A DNA stretch of 57,661 nt from NCBI GenBank assembly GCA_964493085.1, contig CAZBLV010000006.1:1-57661 (forward strand), in the 5' to 3' direction. Origin of the DNA: an uncultured Candidatus Saccharibacteria bacterium (lineage in GTDB: Bacteria; Patescibacteriota; Minisyncoccia; Minisyncoccales; GWA2-38-27). This document shows positions 37,644-47,131 of the stretch, in pieces; position 1 is the stretch's first letter; every line of letters starts with the position of its first letter. Under the pieces are notes generated by a model, which saw only the letters and a program-made list of their open reading frames with translations, had not been told where the DNA came from and made no database searches. A program made the translations under genes and the position numbers.

Positions 37644-40600
37644 TTGCTGTCTTTGTCTTTGCTTTTCATTTTTTCCCAAAAAAAGAATGTAAGCATTACA
37701 GCTGAAATAGGGAAAGCTTTTTATTATATTCTGGCTAGCAAGGAAGAGCCGCCTTCAGTTGTCAAAGAAAAAACAATTTATGTGGACAATCAGTTAAGCG
37801 AAGATTGTCTTGGGACCTACTCTGTTTTAAAAAGAGATTGTTCCGGGAATGACGGAGACGCTTATAGATACATTGTTCAGGCAGCAAACGTTGCTCAAGC
37901 AGGAGACACGGTTTATATCAGGGAAGGAGTTTATGGAAGAAACCACGGGAAAAACTACAATGACGTTCTCTGGCCTAAGAATTCTGGCACTCGGAAAAAT
38001 CTTATTGTATTTAAATCGTATCCTGGAGAAAAAGCCGTTCTTGCGAATTACGATAACGGTAGTTATCCGAATGATTCAAGCTTAGTGTGTAAAAACGGCG
38101 TCCCGGACGGAGTTTTAGATTCTGGCAGGATTTCTATAGCAAGAGGGGTTATTTCTTTGTACAGGGTCAGCCACATTGTTATTGAAGACCTGGTTGTTGA
38201 AGATGTTGCCGCATGGGTTTTTGCGAGAGAGTCTTCCTATATAACCATTAATAATGTTAATTTTAGAGAGGCTACCTGGGACATAAAAGGCGGCGCAAGA
38301 TTTTATTACACAGACCACCTTAGGATTACAAACAGCACCTTTTACAAGTCGCGTTACGACGCTTTAGTCCTTCAGGCAACCGATTACAGCGTAATAGAAA
38401 ACAATTATTTCGAGGGCGCCGAGCATGCTGTTCTTGCTATCAGGTGCGGGAGCTATAATGTGATAAGAAACAACTATTTTAAGAACCCAATACAAAAGCT
38501 AGTCGAAGTTTATGATTGCAAAGTTCAAAATTCCGAATGCGAGAGCGACGGAGATGCTGTTAATCCTGCTTGGACTGATCCTCCGCAGTATGATTCAGCG
38601 CAGCATAATCTTTTCGAAGGAAACTTCTTCAGCTATATTCCTTATGCGTCCGGCAAAGGGGGGCAGCCGTCAGCAATGCAGTTTTCCGGACAGAATAATA
38701 TTATAAGGAAGAATATATTTTCAAATCCTGTTAATGTTACTGATACGTCCTCTTACCCTCTTTCCGACAAAAATCCTGGCTCTGGCGGAAGAGCTTTAAG
38801 TTTTAGATGGGGAGGATCATGGGAGGGATGGAAGTGTTATGAGGACAATTGTAAAATAGGGGGAGAAGGACACGAAGCCGGCTTTGTTTATGGGAACAGG
38901 GTATATAATAATGTTTTCAACGGTTATGATACCGGCCAGGTTGGCGTTTCTGACGAATCAGCGACGGATTCCTTCCCAACTTATGCGCCCATGAAAATGG
39001 TTGAAAATTATGAAGATTATCCTTTTAGCTATACTTGGATTTTCGAAGACAATGTTTTAAAAAACAATATTTTCTATGAGGGCAACTTTTCTCCTCATAT
39101 TAACTGGACTTACTACGAGAAACTTTCTGGAACGCCAGTTCAGGCCTTGATTCCTGGCGGGAAGAACATTCCTTATTTTGAGAATAATAATTTTTTTGCA
39201 ACAGGAAAATACAATGACTTATCTCCCAGAGAGGGATATCCTTATGAGAAAGCCACTGATTGGCTTATTTATTCCCACGGGCTTTACCCTTATTTAGGGG
39301 CAAGGCCTCCGGAGTTTTTCAACTCAAATCATCCTGACAAGTTTTCAGGGAACATTCAGAAAAACCCTGATTTTAAAAATCCGGAAGGAGAAGATTTTGA
39401 CTTGAGTGACAACAGCGAAATGATAGATGCCGGAGCTTTTTTGACCAGAACAGCTTCTTCTGGAAGCGGAAGAACATTGCAGGTAGAAGATGCTAAATAT
39501 TTTTATGATGGCTTTGGTATTTCAGGAGAAGTCGGAGATACCATACAGTTAGAGGGGCAGAGCCAGTCAGCGAGGATAACGGACATTGATTATAATGCGA
39601 ATACAATTACAGTTGACAAGAGCTTAAATTGGGATGCGGGAGCGGGAGTCAGTTTGGAATATTCTGGCTATGCTCCCGATATCGGCGTATCTGAGAGTGA
39701 GGGAGAGCCTCCTGTTGTCAGAGAATGCTCTAGGGACTCGGACTGCTCCACGAGAGGCCCGGGGTTTTTTTGCAATTCAGACAGTCAATGCGGATGGAAA
39801 CCACCCATCGGAATACCAAAACCTGAATTCGGGATAGAAGAAACATACAGGATGTATGATGATCCCGCGAATAGGAATCCCGAATTGACGTACACGAAGA
39901 ATTCCGAGGGAGGGTATTATACTCATTATGTTGATAACTCTGGGGATTGTCATAATCCCGAAAGCGTGACAGATTTCGGATCTCCCTCAGATCCTTTATG
40001 TAACTTTCCTCAAACTTCTGAGACATCCCTTCTTCCTCCAGGGAGCATTGTTGAGATTCATGGTGATGTATATGATGGTGGAGGGCGCGGATGGCGCAGA
40101 ATTGGATCCGGGGGGACGGAACAATATCCTGTATTTGTGAGAGGTTATTCAGAGAATGACAAACCATTATTTACCGGATACGGGAATTCATTAAGAATCG
40201 GCGGTACATATTTAATTATTGAAAATATCCAGGTAAATAATAGCTTGGTATTTCATAAAGACTTTACAACTCATGATTATATCTCAGTGAGGAATGTTGA
40301 GATAACTGGCGCGGGTTCAGGAATCAGTATGGGAAAAACAAATTATTCTGTTTTTTACAACAACTACATTCATGACACTGCTGCGGATTTCAAGGGAGAT
40401 ACGGATGTCCCTTCTGGCGGGGTCGGCATAATGGTGGGCTCTTATTCTAACCATGTATGGGTCTCGGATAATCATGTCCATGGAACTGGCTCAGATTCTT
40501 TCCATTCTGGACACGGCGGGGTTGACATCCGTTATGTTTATGTCGGGAGAAACGAATTCCATCATGATAAGGAGAATGCCATCGACATAAAGGCTGTAAA

Positions 40601-41360
40601 GGATTTTATAATCTCACAGAACAAGGTGTATGGTTATAGGGATTCATGCAGTTCCGGGGCAGATGCAATCCGGGTGAATGATGAAGGCGATCAGGACAAT
40701 ATCTGGATAATCTTTAATGAGATCTATGACAGTGATGTGGGGATTGCCCCTTATAGTGCAACATTCAGGCCTTATATAATCGGGAATATTATTTATGATA
40801 CGCCCAGCAAAGCAATCAATGATAATGGGAATACCAGTAAGGGGGGTTCTACGGTCGTGTATAATACATTTTATGATACCGGCATAGCGATTAATAAGGT
40901 AAAAGAATGCAACAATAATATAATTTCATCTGCCAATACTCCGATAGTTGGCGATTGTAATGAACACAACAATATCTTAGATGAGTCACTTGTCAATATG
41001 CCTGAGTTTTGTGAGAGAATAAATTATTTTGAATATTATACAGATTCTGCCGTCTTGACCAATACAGGCAATAGCACGACTATTAGTGTTTCCGATGTTG
41101 ATTTTGAAGATATGGGAATAGAATACGATGACAGAGTCTCTGTTGAATATATTCCAGAAGTGGCTTATAACTCGGAGACTTGCCCAAATGGATGCTTTGC
41201 AGGAGGGACAAGCACAAGACCTTTTTGTGCATGGCAGAGGGTTGGTAGTATAAGCGGAGACACCATAACATTAAAACCATCCGTTTCTCCTTATTCAGAC
41301 AACATTGCGTGTCCTGATACAACAAGTGTTTCCGGGGTTAATATAAGAATCTGGTATTAG
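37644..41360 (+). CDS. Giant surface protein, N-terminal part: two right-handed beta-helix (pectate-lyase-like) modules
   Basis: AQAGDTVYIREGVY, many I.NN.F / N.F..N rungs, DFDLSDNSEMIDAG...APDIG. Ends at a TAG that is in frame with the next ORF. Confidence 0.8.
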   Translation: MLSLSLLFIFSQKKNVSITAEIGKAFYYILASKEEPPSVVKEKTIYVDNQLSEDCLGTYSVLKRDCSGNDGDAYRYIVQAANVAQAGDTVYIREGVYGRNHGKNYNDVLWPKNSGTRKNLIVFKSYPGEKAVLANYDNGSYPNDSSLVCKNGVPDGVLDSGRISIARGVISLYRVSHIVIEDLVVEDVAAWVFARESSYITINNVNFREATWDIKGGARFYYTDHLRITNSTFYKSRYDALVLQATDYSVIENNYFEGAEHAVLAIRCGSYNVIRNNYFKNPIQKLVEVYDCKVQNSECESDGDAVNPAWTDPPQYDSAQHNLFEGNFFSYIPYASGKGGQPSAMQFSGQNNIIRKNIFSNPVNVTDTSSYPLSDKNPGSGGRALSFRWGGSWEGWKCYEDNCKIGGEGHEAGFVYGNRVYNNVFNGYDTGQVGVSDESATDSFPTYAPMKMVENYEDYPFSYTWIFEDNVLKNNIFYEGNFSPHINWTYYEKLSGTPVQALIPGGKNIPYFENNNFFATGKYNDLSPREGYPYEKATDWLIYSHGLYPYLGARPPEFFNSNHPDKFSGNIQKNPDFKNPEGEDFDLSDNSEMIDAGAFLTRTASSGSGRTLQVEDAKYFYDGFGISGEVGDTIQLEGQSQSARITDIDYNANTITVDKSLNWDAGAGVSLEYSGYAPDIGVSESEGEPPVVRECSRDSDCSTRGPGFFCNSDSQCGWKPPIGIPKPEFGIEETYRMYDDPANRNPELTYTKNSEGGYYTHYVDNSGDCHNPESVTDFGSPSDPLCNFPQTSETSLLPPGSIVEIHGDVYDGGGRGWRRIGSGGTEQYPVFVRGYSENDKPLFTGYGNSLRIGGTYLIIENIQVNNSLVFHKDFTTHDYISVRNVEITGAGSGISMGKTNYSVFYNNYIHDTAADFKGDTDVPSGGVGIMVGSYSNHVWVSDNHVHGTGSDSFHSGHGGVDIRYVYVGRNEFHHDKENAIDIKAVKDFIISQNKVYGYRDSCSSGADAIRVNDEGDQDNIWIIFNEIYDSDVGIAPYSATFRPYIIGNIIYDTPSKAINDNGNTSKGGSTVVYNTFYDTGIAINKVKECNNNIISSANTPIVGDCNEHNNILDESLVNMPEFCERINYFEYYTDSAVLTNTGNSTTISVSDVDFEDMGIEYDDRVSVEYIPEVAYNSETCPNGCFAGGTSTRPFCAWQRVGSISGDTITLKPSVSPYSDNIACPDTTSVSGVNIRIWY

Positions 41361-41381
41361 CCGGATGAAAACCCGAACGAA

Positions 41382-44300
41382 TTGTTTGTTGATTCTGGTT
41401 TGGATTTTCAGGTTGGGGATATTATTGAATATAATTATGATGGAGTTGCCAGGACAATAACTTCCATTACAGGCGGATTTTCAGATCAGGAAGGAAATCC
41501 TAAGGTTAAGGTTGACTTTGCCCCGGCTCTAAGCGTTAAAGCAGAAGGAGATATGTCTTTATGCAACTGGAGAACTAATAATAACCTTGTCAGAGATTTG
41601 AGGCTTGCTGCTGGAAGTGCTGCGATAGACGCAGGGAATAAAACGGCATTTTACGAGCTTTTTGAGACAACGTGGCAGAGTGATTTCGCAGCACTTAATA
41701 GTGAAGAGCAACTGAACATAAGGTATGGTTTCTACGGTAATCCGAGACCAATAGACGGCGATGGGGATGGAAGCGCAGAATGGGATATAGGGGCTTGTGA
41801 ACATGCTTCAGGAAAGGATGTCCCTGTTGAGCCAGTTTGCGGAAACGGCATAATTGAAACAGGAGAGGTCTGCGATGGAAACTCAAAAGCATGCACAGTC
41901 AATAAATACCGGGGAACTCAGCAATGCAACAATCTTTGTACGGGATGGGAATCTTGCGTAACCACAGAAAACTGCGAAGACGGGATACAGAACGGCGATG
42001 AAACGGGGATTGATTGCGGGGGCAGCTGTGTCAGCGGTTTAGAGATTTGCGATAATGGATTAGACGATGATAATGATTGTAAAATAGATGAAGATTGTTT
42101 TAATGGGGCCAGGTGCGATCCTTTTTTCGACGCTTCTTGGACTGCCGAAGGCGACATATTGGCTGGAGAATTTGATTCAAGCAAATCTTCGGACTATTTG
42201 TCTGTTGTTAGCTCTGATGGCGAACATGTTTTACAAGCTTCTGGAGAATTGGGCGAACATAGGTATGAGAGGGTTGTCAGAGAAAATATCGGCTCGATGA
42301 AAGCATGGGGAGGATCTATATCTGTAAACCTTAAAGATCTTGAATATTACAATTTTATTGGGGACCTCGCTTTTGTCGGGGGATATGAATATCCGGGAGA
42401 TTGGTCAAGCAGGGATTTTGTTATTGGTGCCGACAAGCACGCTAATAGACCTTATATCTATGTAATGGGATACCACAATAATGATCTTGCTAGGAGTTTT
42501 GGCGATGAGTATTTTGCTGTTTCAGATGCCTTAACGGATTGGCCTGACAGATTCATAACGATTAAATGGTATTTTACTTCTTCTAATAAATTATTTGCCA
42601 GCGTGGATGGCGGCGAGTGGAGGGAGATTGATGTGGGGTCGCACATAGTCAACCATGAGGAGGTTGCTATCGGATGGGTGAGCTCGTATAACGGAGGCAA
42701 TGTTAAGATCAGTAATTTAAAACTGTATGACGGAAACTGTGTTCCCATAGAGACTGCCCAACATACTATAACGGCTTCAGCGGGCACGGGCGGGAGCATT
42801 AGTCCCAGTGGCGCAGTAAAAATAAATGAAGGGGGAGACAAGACCTTTTCTATAACAGCAGATGAGGGCTATGAGATAGCTGATGTCTTAGTAGACGGGG
42901 CGTCAGTAGGCTCCGTATCAACCCATACTTTTGATAATATAACCGAAGATCATGCCATTAGCGCAAGCTTTGAGGCGAAAACTTATAATTTGACGGTAGA
43001 GGCAAGCAATGGAACAGTAACCAGATCGCCGGATAAAGAAAGCTATGACCATGGCGAAGCAGTAGAGCTTACTGCCGTGCCAGATGCAGGATACGATTTT
43101 CTTAACTGGAGCGGAGATGCGAAAAGTACAGATAATCCCTTGGTTTTGGCTATGGACGAAGACAAATCTATTGCAGCAAACTTTAATCCGACGCCCGAGG
43201 GATGCCAAGACCAGGACGGAGACGGAATATTAGATTACCATTCTCAACTATGCCCTGCAGGGAAAGATATCTGCGTTGAGAAAAAGTCAGATATCAGCGA
43301 TTTTACGCCCTATAGGCCAAAATCCAGTAAATTTTCTCTTAATTACAACAAGAGCGATGACTTGGAAGATATATCTGACTTTAGGATAGAAAAACAGGAA
43401 ACCGCTCAAATTTATTTTCAAGAAAGTCTTAATTTATTGAAACTTAACCCTGACAATGGCTGTTATGTCCAAAAAGATTTAGACGAAGGCATAGAAATAG
43501 AAAACAAAAGAGTTTTTATAGACACAAATAAACATCCGGATTTAAACAAAAAAGCCAGAATTACTTTTTACGGTATAGACTATGAAGAACCAAAGATGTT
43601 TAAAGATGGGCAAGCGTGCCAAGAGCCCCAATGCAGAATAATAGAATACAACAAGGAAGACAGAACCTTGACCATAGAAGTCCAGGGATTTTCAGAATAT
43701 AAGGTGGTAGAATGCATTACAGTTTCTGACTGCGAAGAAAAGACCTGCCAGACAGCCAGTTGCAGCGAGGGAACATGTCTTTACAGTGACATGGTAGACG
43801 GGGCTTCTTGCGATGACGGCCTGGTCTGCACAGAAAACGATTCCTGCCAGTCGGGAGAATGCATTGGAGATTCTGTTGATACAGACGATAGCATAGCTTG
43901 CACTATAGACGGTTGCGACGAGATAAACGGTATAACCCATGTCCCAGACGACGACCAGTGCCCTTCTGGCCAGATCTGTGATGTCGAACAGGGATGCATT
44001 TCCACCGAAGACGGCAGCGGCCCTGGCGGAGGAGGAGCCAGCAGCGACAGAACAGCCCCCCTTATAAGCGAAATCGAAGCTTCAGCTGACCAGCGTTCAG
44101 CTGTTGTCAGCTGGGAGACAAATGAGCCTTCTATTACTTGGCTAGTCTATGGGCAGGACACAGATTATAGCGAAGAAATGAAAATTACGGATTACAGCAC
44201 CTCTCATTCTGTTGATATATCAGATCTTTCTCCCGAAACCACTTATTACTACCGAATAAAAGCTAAAGATTCTTCTGGCAACATCAGAGAATCAGCCGAG

Positions 44301-44726
44301 AAAACCTTTGTTACTCCAGAAGAAAAGGAGGACGAAGACGAGCTAAGATTGAATTTAATCGCTTTGCTTTTAAAGAGGATTATCTATCTTAAAGATCTCT
44401 TGGCCGGCCGGGAGGAGGGCCAGGTTATTTATGGAATTCCGGCAGAATTTGAATTTAGAAGGAATTTGTTCTTGGGGCAAAACTTAGAGGAAATACAATA
44501 TTTGCAGATGATTTTAAATTCTTATCCCGACACTCGGCTTGCCCAAAGAGGATGGGGTTCTCCGGGCAATGAAACAATTCATTTCGGCCCTCTTACCAGA
44601 ATAGCTGTAATTAAATTCCAAAACAAATATGCTTCGGAGATCTTGCATCCGACAGGAAGGCAGGCTGCAACAGGCATTGTGGGGCCTTCGACAAGAGCTA
44701 AGTTAAACGAGCTGTTAGGCAAATAA
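41382..44726 (+). CDS. Giant surface protein, C-terminal part: Cys-rich repeats, InlB-B-like repeats, FN3 and peptidoglycan-binding domain
   Basis: LRLAAGSAAIDAG...WDIGACE, CGNGIIETGEVCDG, TITASAGTGGSISP, VSWETNEP...LSPETTYYYRI, GSPGNETIHFGPLTRIAVIKFQ...GIVGPSTRAKLN. Confidence 0.8.
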   Translation: MFVDSGLDFQVGDIIEYNYDGVARTITSITGGFSDQEGNPKVKVDFAPALSVKAEGDMSLCNWRTNNNLVRDLRLAAGSAAIDAGNKTAFYELFETTWQSDFAALNSEEQLNIRYGFYGNPRPIDGDGDGSAEWDIGACEHASGKDVPVEPVCGNGIIETGEVCDGNSKACTVNKYRGTQQCNNLCTGWESCVTTENCEDGIQNGDETGIDCGGSCVSGLEICDNGLDDDNDCKIDEDCFNGARCDPFFDASWTAEGDILAGEFDSSKSSDYLSVVSSDGEHVLQASGELGEHRYERVVRENIGSMKAWGGSISVNLKDLEYYNFIGDLAFVGGYEYPGDWSSRDFVIGADKHANRPYIYVMGYHNNDLARSFGDEYFAVSDALTDWPDRFITIKWYFTSSNKLFASVDGGEWREIDVGSHIVNHEEVAIGWVSSYNGGNVKISNLKLYDGNCVPIETAQHTITASAGTGGSISPSGAVKINEGGDKTFSITADEGYEIADVLVDGASVGSVSTHTFDNITEDHAISASFEAKTYNLTVEASNGTVTRSPDKESYDHGEAVELTAVPDAGYDFLNWSGDAKSTDNPLVLAMDEDKSIAANFNPTPEGCQDQDGDGILDYHSQLCPAGKDICVEKKSDISDFTPYRPKSSKFSLNYNKSDDLEDISDFRIEKQETAQIYFQESLNLLKLNPDNGCYVQKDLDEGIEIENKRVFIDTNKHPDLNKKARITFYGIDYEEPKMFKDGQACQEPQCRIIEYNKEDRTLTIEVQGFSEYKVVECITVSDCEEKTCQTASCSEGTCLYSDMVDGASCDDGLVCTENDSCQSGECIGDSVDTDDSIACTIDGCDEINGITHVPDDDQCPSGQICDVEQGCISTEDGSGPGGGGASSDRTAPLISEIEASADQRSAVVSWETNEPSITWLVYGQDTDYSEEMKITDYSTSHSVDISDLSPETTYYYRIKAKDSSGNIRESAEKTFVTPEEKEDEDELRLNLIALLLKRIIYLKDLLAGREEGQVIYGIPAEFEFRRNLFLGQNLEEIQYLQMILNSYPDTRLAQRGWGSPGNETIHFGPLTRIAVIKFQNKYASEILHPTGRQAATGIVGPSTRAKLNELLGK

Positions 44727-44789
44727 TCTTTTTTAAGCTAAAAAAAGCGCAGCTTGCAAGAAAATTCAAAACTTGTTAGCCTAATTTAG

Positions 44790-44862
44790 GCCCCTGTAGT
44801 TCAACAGGAAAGAACGTCTCCCTCCTAAGGAGAAAATGGAAGTTCGAATCTCCCCGGGGGCA
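44790..44862 (+). tRNA. tRNA-Arg (CCT)
   Basis: GCCCCTG/CGGGGGC acceptor, TCTCC-CTCCTAA-GGAGA anticodon arm, GTTCGAATC. Confidence 0.92.
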
Positions 44863-44865
44863 CTC

Positions 44866-44893
44866 TTGACATTAACTCTTACTTTATTAAAAT
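44866..44893 (+). promoter_or_regulatory. Promoter of the candidate ncRNA
   Basis: TTGACA-N16-TAAAAT; predicted +1 at about 44900-44901. Confidence 0.7.
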
Positions 44894-44900
44894 ACCGTAT

Positions 44901-45037
44901 GGGGGATGAGGGATTTTGAAAACAAAATTCCCAATAGGACATCGAGGATTGACAAAAGAGGTTTGAGGATATCCCTGGACCCACGTCCTAGTTCAGCCTT
45001 AAGGAGTTAAACCGAATTTGTCGACCTCGTTTCCCCC
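44901..45037 (+). ncRNA. Candidate structured non-coding RNA of unknown family (6S-like or novel)
   Basis: Own promoter and terminator, no plus-strand ORF, closing stem GGGGGA/TCCCCC, 13-bp and 7-bp helices, possible TAGGAC/GTCCTA pseudoknot. Confidence 0.6.
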
Positions 45038-45039
45038 TT

Positions 45040-45067
45040 AAGAACAGCCCGTTTATGGGCTGTTTTT
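45040..45067 (+). terminator. Intrinsic terminator of the ncRNA
   Basis: AACAGCCCG-TTTA-TGGGCTGTT plus T-run. Confidence 0.8.
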
Positions 45068-45127
45068 AGTTTATTAATCTGTTATAATTAAATAAAAGGT
45101 CTTTATTAGTCAACAACTTTTTTAAAA

Positions 45128-45403
45128 ATGGCAGAACAAAAAAACAATTCTCCCGAAGGGGAGCAGATCGGACAAGTAGTTCATTTCTTTTCTCATATAA
45201 GCGTAGCTGTCATTAAGCTGGAAAAACCTTTGGCTGCGGGAGACAGCATCCGCATTATCGGAGGAGAAGATACGGATTTTACCCAAGAAGTGGAATCCAT
45301 GGAAGCAGAACACGAAAAAGTGGAAAAAGCCAAGTCAGGAGATGAGGTGGGGTTAAAGGTAAAAGAAAAAGTAAGGGACGGCTATAAGGTTTATAGGGCG
45401 TAA
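45128..45403 (+). CDS. Translation-elongation-factor-like beta-barrel protein (EF-Tu domain II / U32 C-terminal-like)
   Basis: GQVVHFFSHISVAVI...GDSIRI...FTQEVESM...GDEVGLKV.EKVR.GYKVY. Confidence 0.8.
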   Translation: MAEQKNNSPEGEQIGQVVHFFSHISVAVIKLEKPLAAGDSIRIIGGEDTDFTQEVESMEAEHEKVEKAKSGDEVGLKVKEKVRDGYKVYRA

Positions 45404-45408
45404 TATCT

Positions 45409-45849
45409 ATGGATCTTTCTTTATTGGAGTTTTTTGGCCAGATCCTTCTGGCTCTAATATTAGGCGGGCTAATTGGCCTTGAGAGGGAAAGAAAAAGAAA
45501 AGCAGCAGGGCTGCAGACCTATACTTTAGTTTGCCTTGGCGCCTGTCTTTTTGTCATTATATCCCAGCAGCTTTTCTTAGGACTCGAGGGCACTCCCGAA
45601 GTAAGGCTGGATCCCTCAAGAATTGTGGCGGCTGTGGCAACGGGCATAGGCTTTATCGGAGCAGGAGTGATTATCCATAAAGAATTCAGGGTGGAAGGAC
45701 TGACTACTGCTGCCGGCCTCTGGGCGGTTTCTGCTATTGGAGCAGCTGTCGGAGCCCGCTTGTATCTTTTAGCTCTTGTAGCGGCTCTTTTTGCAATTGT
45801 GGTATTATTCTTTTTCGGCATTCTGGAACAGAAAATATTTAATAAGTAA
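45409..45849 (+). CDS. MgtC/SapB family membrane protein
   Basis: IGLERE, AGLQTY, DPSRIVAAVATGIGFIGAG, GLTTAA. Confidence 0.92.
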   Translation: MDLSLLEFFGQILLALILGGLIGLERERKRKAAGLQTYTLVCLGACLFVIISQQLFLGLEGTPEVRLDPSRIVAAVATGIGFIGAGVIIHKEFRVEGLTTAAGLWAVSAIGAAVGARLYLLALVAALFAIVVLFFFGILEQKIFNK

Positions 45850-45855
45850 AAGACA

Positions 45856-46995
45856 ATGGGCCTTTTTTTGAGGGGCTTTGCAATCTTGGTAGGAACTATC
45901 ATCGGAGCCGGAATTTTTGGCTTGCCGTTTGTAGCCATGAAGAGCGGTTTTTTTGTTGTTCTGTTTTATTTTTGCCTGATGGCTGCAGCTGCTACTTCAG
46001 TTCTTTTTATCTACGGCAAAATATGCGCTGCCACTCCAGGAAAGCATCGTTTGCCGGGCTATGTTAAAAAATACATGGGCAAAGGATGGGAAAGAGCTGT
46101 TTTTTTAATATTGCTTTTAGGAGGGATAGGGACCATTCTCGCCTATATTATAATAGGGGGGAATTTTCTTTATTCTTTTTTTTCTCCCTATTTCGGAGGA
46201 AGCCCTTTTATTTACAGCATTATATTTTGGACGCTCGGGGCCTTGTTGGTTTTTTTGGGCATTAAAAGCATATCTCAGACAGAATTAGTTTTGTTTGTTG
46301 TTTTTATGGCAATAATAGTCCTTTTCGTAGTCAGGGCATTTCCTTTTATTAATCTTTCTTATCTTAAAGAAATTAATTTGGAGTTCTTTGCTTTGCCCTA
46401 CGGAGTGATCCTTTTTTCTCTATGGGGATCTGCTGCTATTCCGGAGATAAACGAAATGTTTGTTCAGGCTAAAGAAAAGAGACCTCTTTTAAAAATGAAG
46501 AAAGTGGTCGCAGCTGCTGTGATTTCTTCTGTCCTAATTTATGCTTTATTCACCTTTGTTGTCCTTGGAGCGTCAGGATCCGGTACTTCTAAAGAGGCGA
46601 TTTCCGGTCTTCTGAAAACAACAGGCAACGGAGCGATAAAAATGGGATTTATCTTCGGGGTTATCAGCTGTTTTACTTCTTTTCTGATAATGGGCTTGAC
46701 CCTTAAAAAGATTTTTTGGTATGACGTGGGTTTTTCTAAAAACCTTTCTTGGTTTTTGGTCTGCTTTTCTCCCCTAGTTTTATTTCTTTTGGGGCTAACG
46801 GAATTTATCAAAGTGATCAGTTTTACTGGTGCTTTGGCTACTGGGGCTGAGGCGATAATTATTATCCTTTTATACAGAAGTTTTCTGAATAAAGAGTTTT
46901 CTTACCGGATTCATCCTTCTTTCTATATCCTGCTTGCTATTTTCGGATTGGGGATTGCCCTGGAAGCTTTTTACTTTTTAGGCCTATTGACATAA
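45856..46995 (+). CDS. Amino acid permease (aromatic amino acid/HAAAP-like)
   Basis: GTIIGAGIFGLP, about 11 TMs, PYGVILFS, TSFL. Confidence 0.88.
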   Translation: MGLFLRGFAILVGTIIGAGIFGLPFVAMKSGFFVVLFYFCLMAAAATSVLFIYGKICAATPGKHRLPGYVKKYMGKGWERAVFLILLLGGIGTILAYIIIGGNFLYSFFSPYFGGSPFIYSIIFWTLGALLVFLGIKSISQTELVLFVVFMAIIVLFVVRAFPFINLSYLKEINLEFFALPYGVILFSLWGSAAIPEINEMFVQAKEKRPLLKMKKVVAAAVISSVLIYALFTFVVLGASGSGTSKEAISGLLKTTGNGAIKMGFIFGVISCFTSFLIMGLTLKKIFWYDVGFSKNLSWFLVCFSPLVLFLLGLTEFIKVISFTGALATGAEAIIIILLYRSFLNKEFSYRIHPSFYILLAIFGLGIALEAFYFLGLLT

Positions 46996-47023
46996 AAAGA
47001 TAAAACTGGCAGAATAAAGAAAT

Positions 47024-47116
47024 ATGTTTAAGCTCCTCGATGTTATCACGATTATCTTGTTTGTAGTACTTTTATTTTGGTATATTTTCAACAGCATTCT
47101 TTCCGATGCTATTTAA
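47024..47116 (+). CDS. Putative 30-aa single-TM microprotein
   Basis: MFKLLDVITIILFVVLLFWYIFNSILSDAI, 8 nt after a TTGACA-N17-CAGAAT promoter. Confidence 0.5.
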   Translation: MFKLLDVITIILFVVLLFWYIFNSILSDAI

Positions 47117-47131
47117 GGGCAGCGCTTTTAA

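Noticed and set aside
35740..44862. Giant gene region flanked by tRNAs as an integrated island
   Set aside because: No integrase and no duplicated tRNA 3' end (att site) visible; both Arg tRNAs are complete and different.
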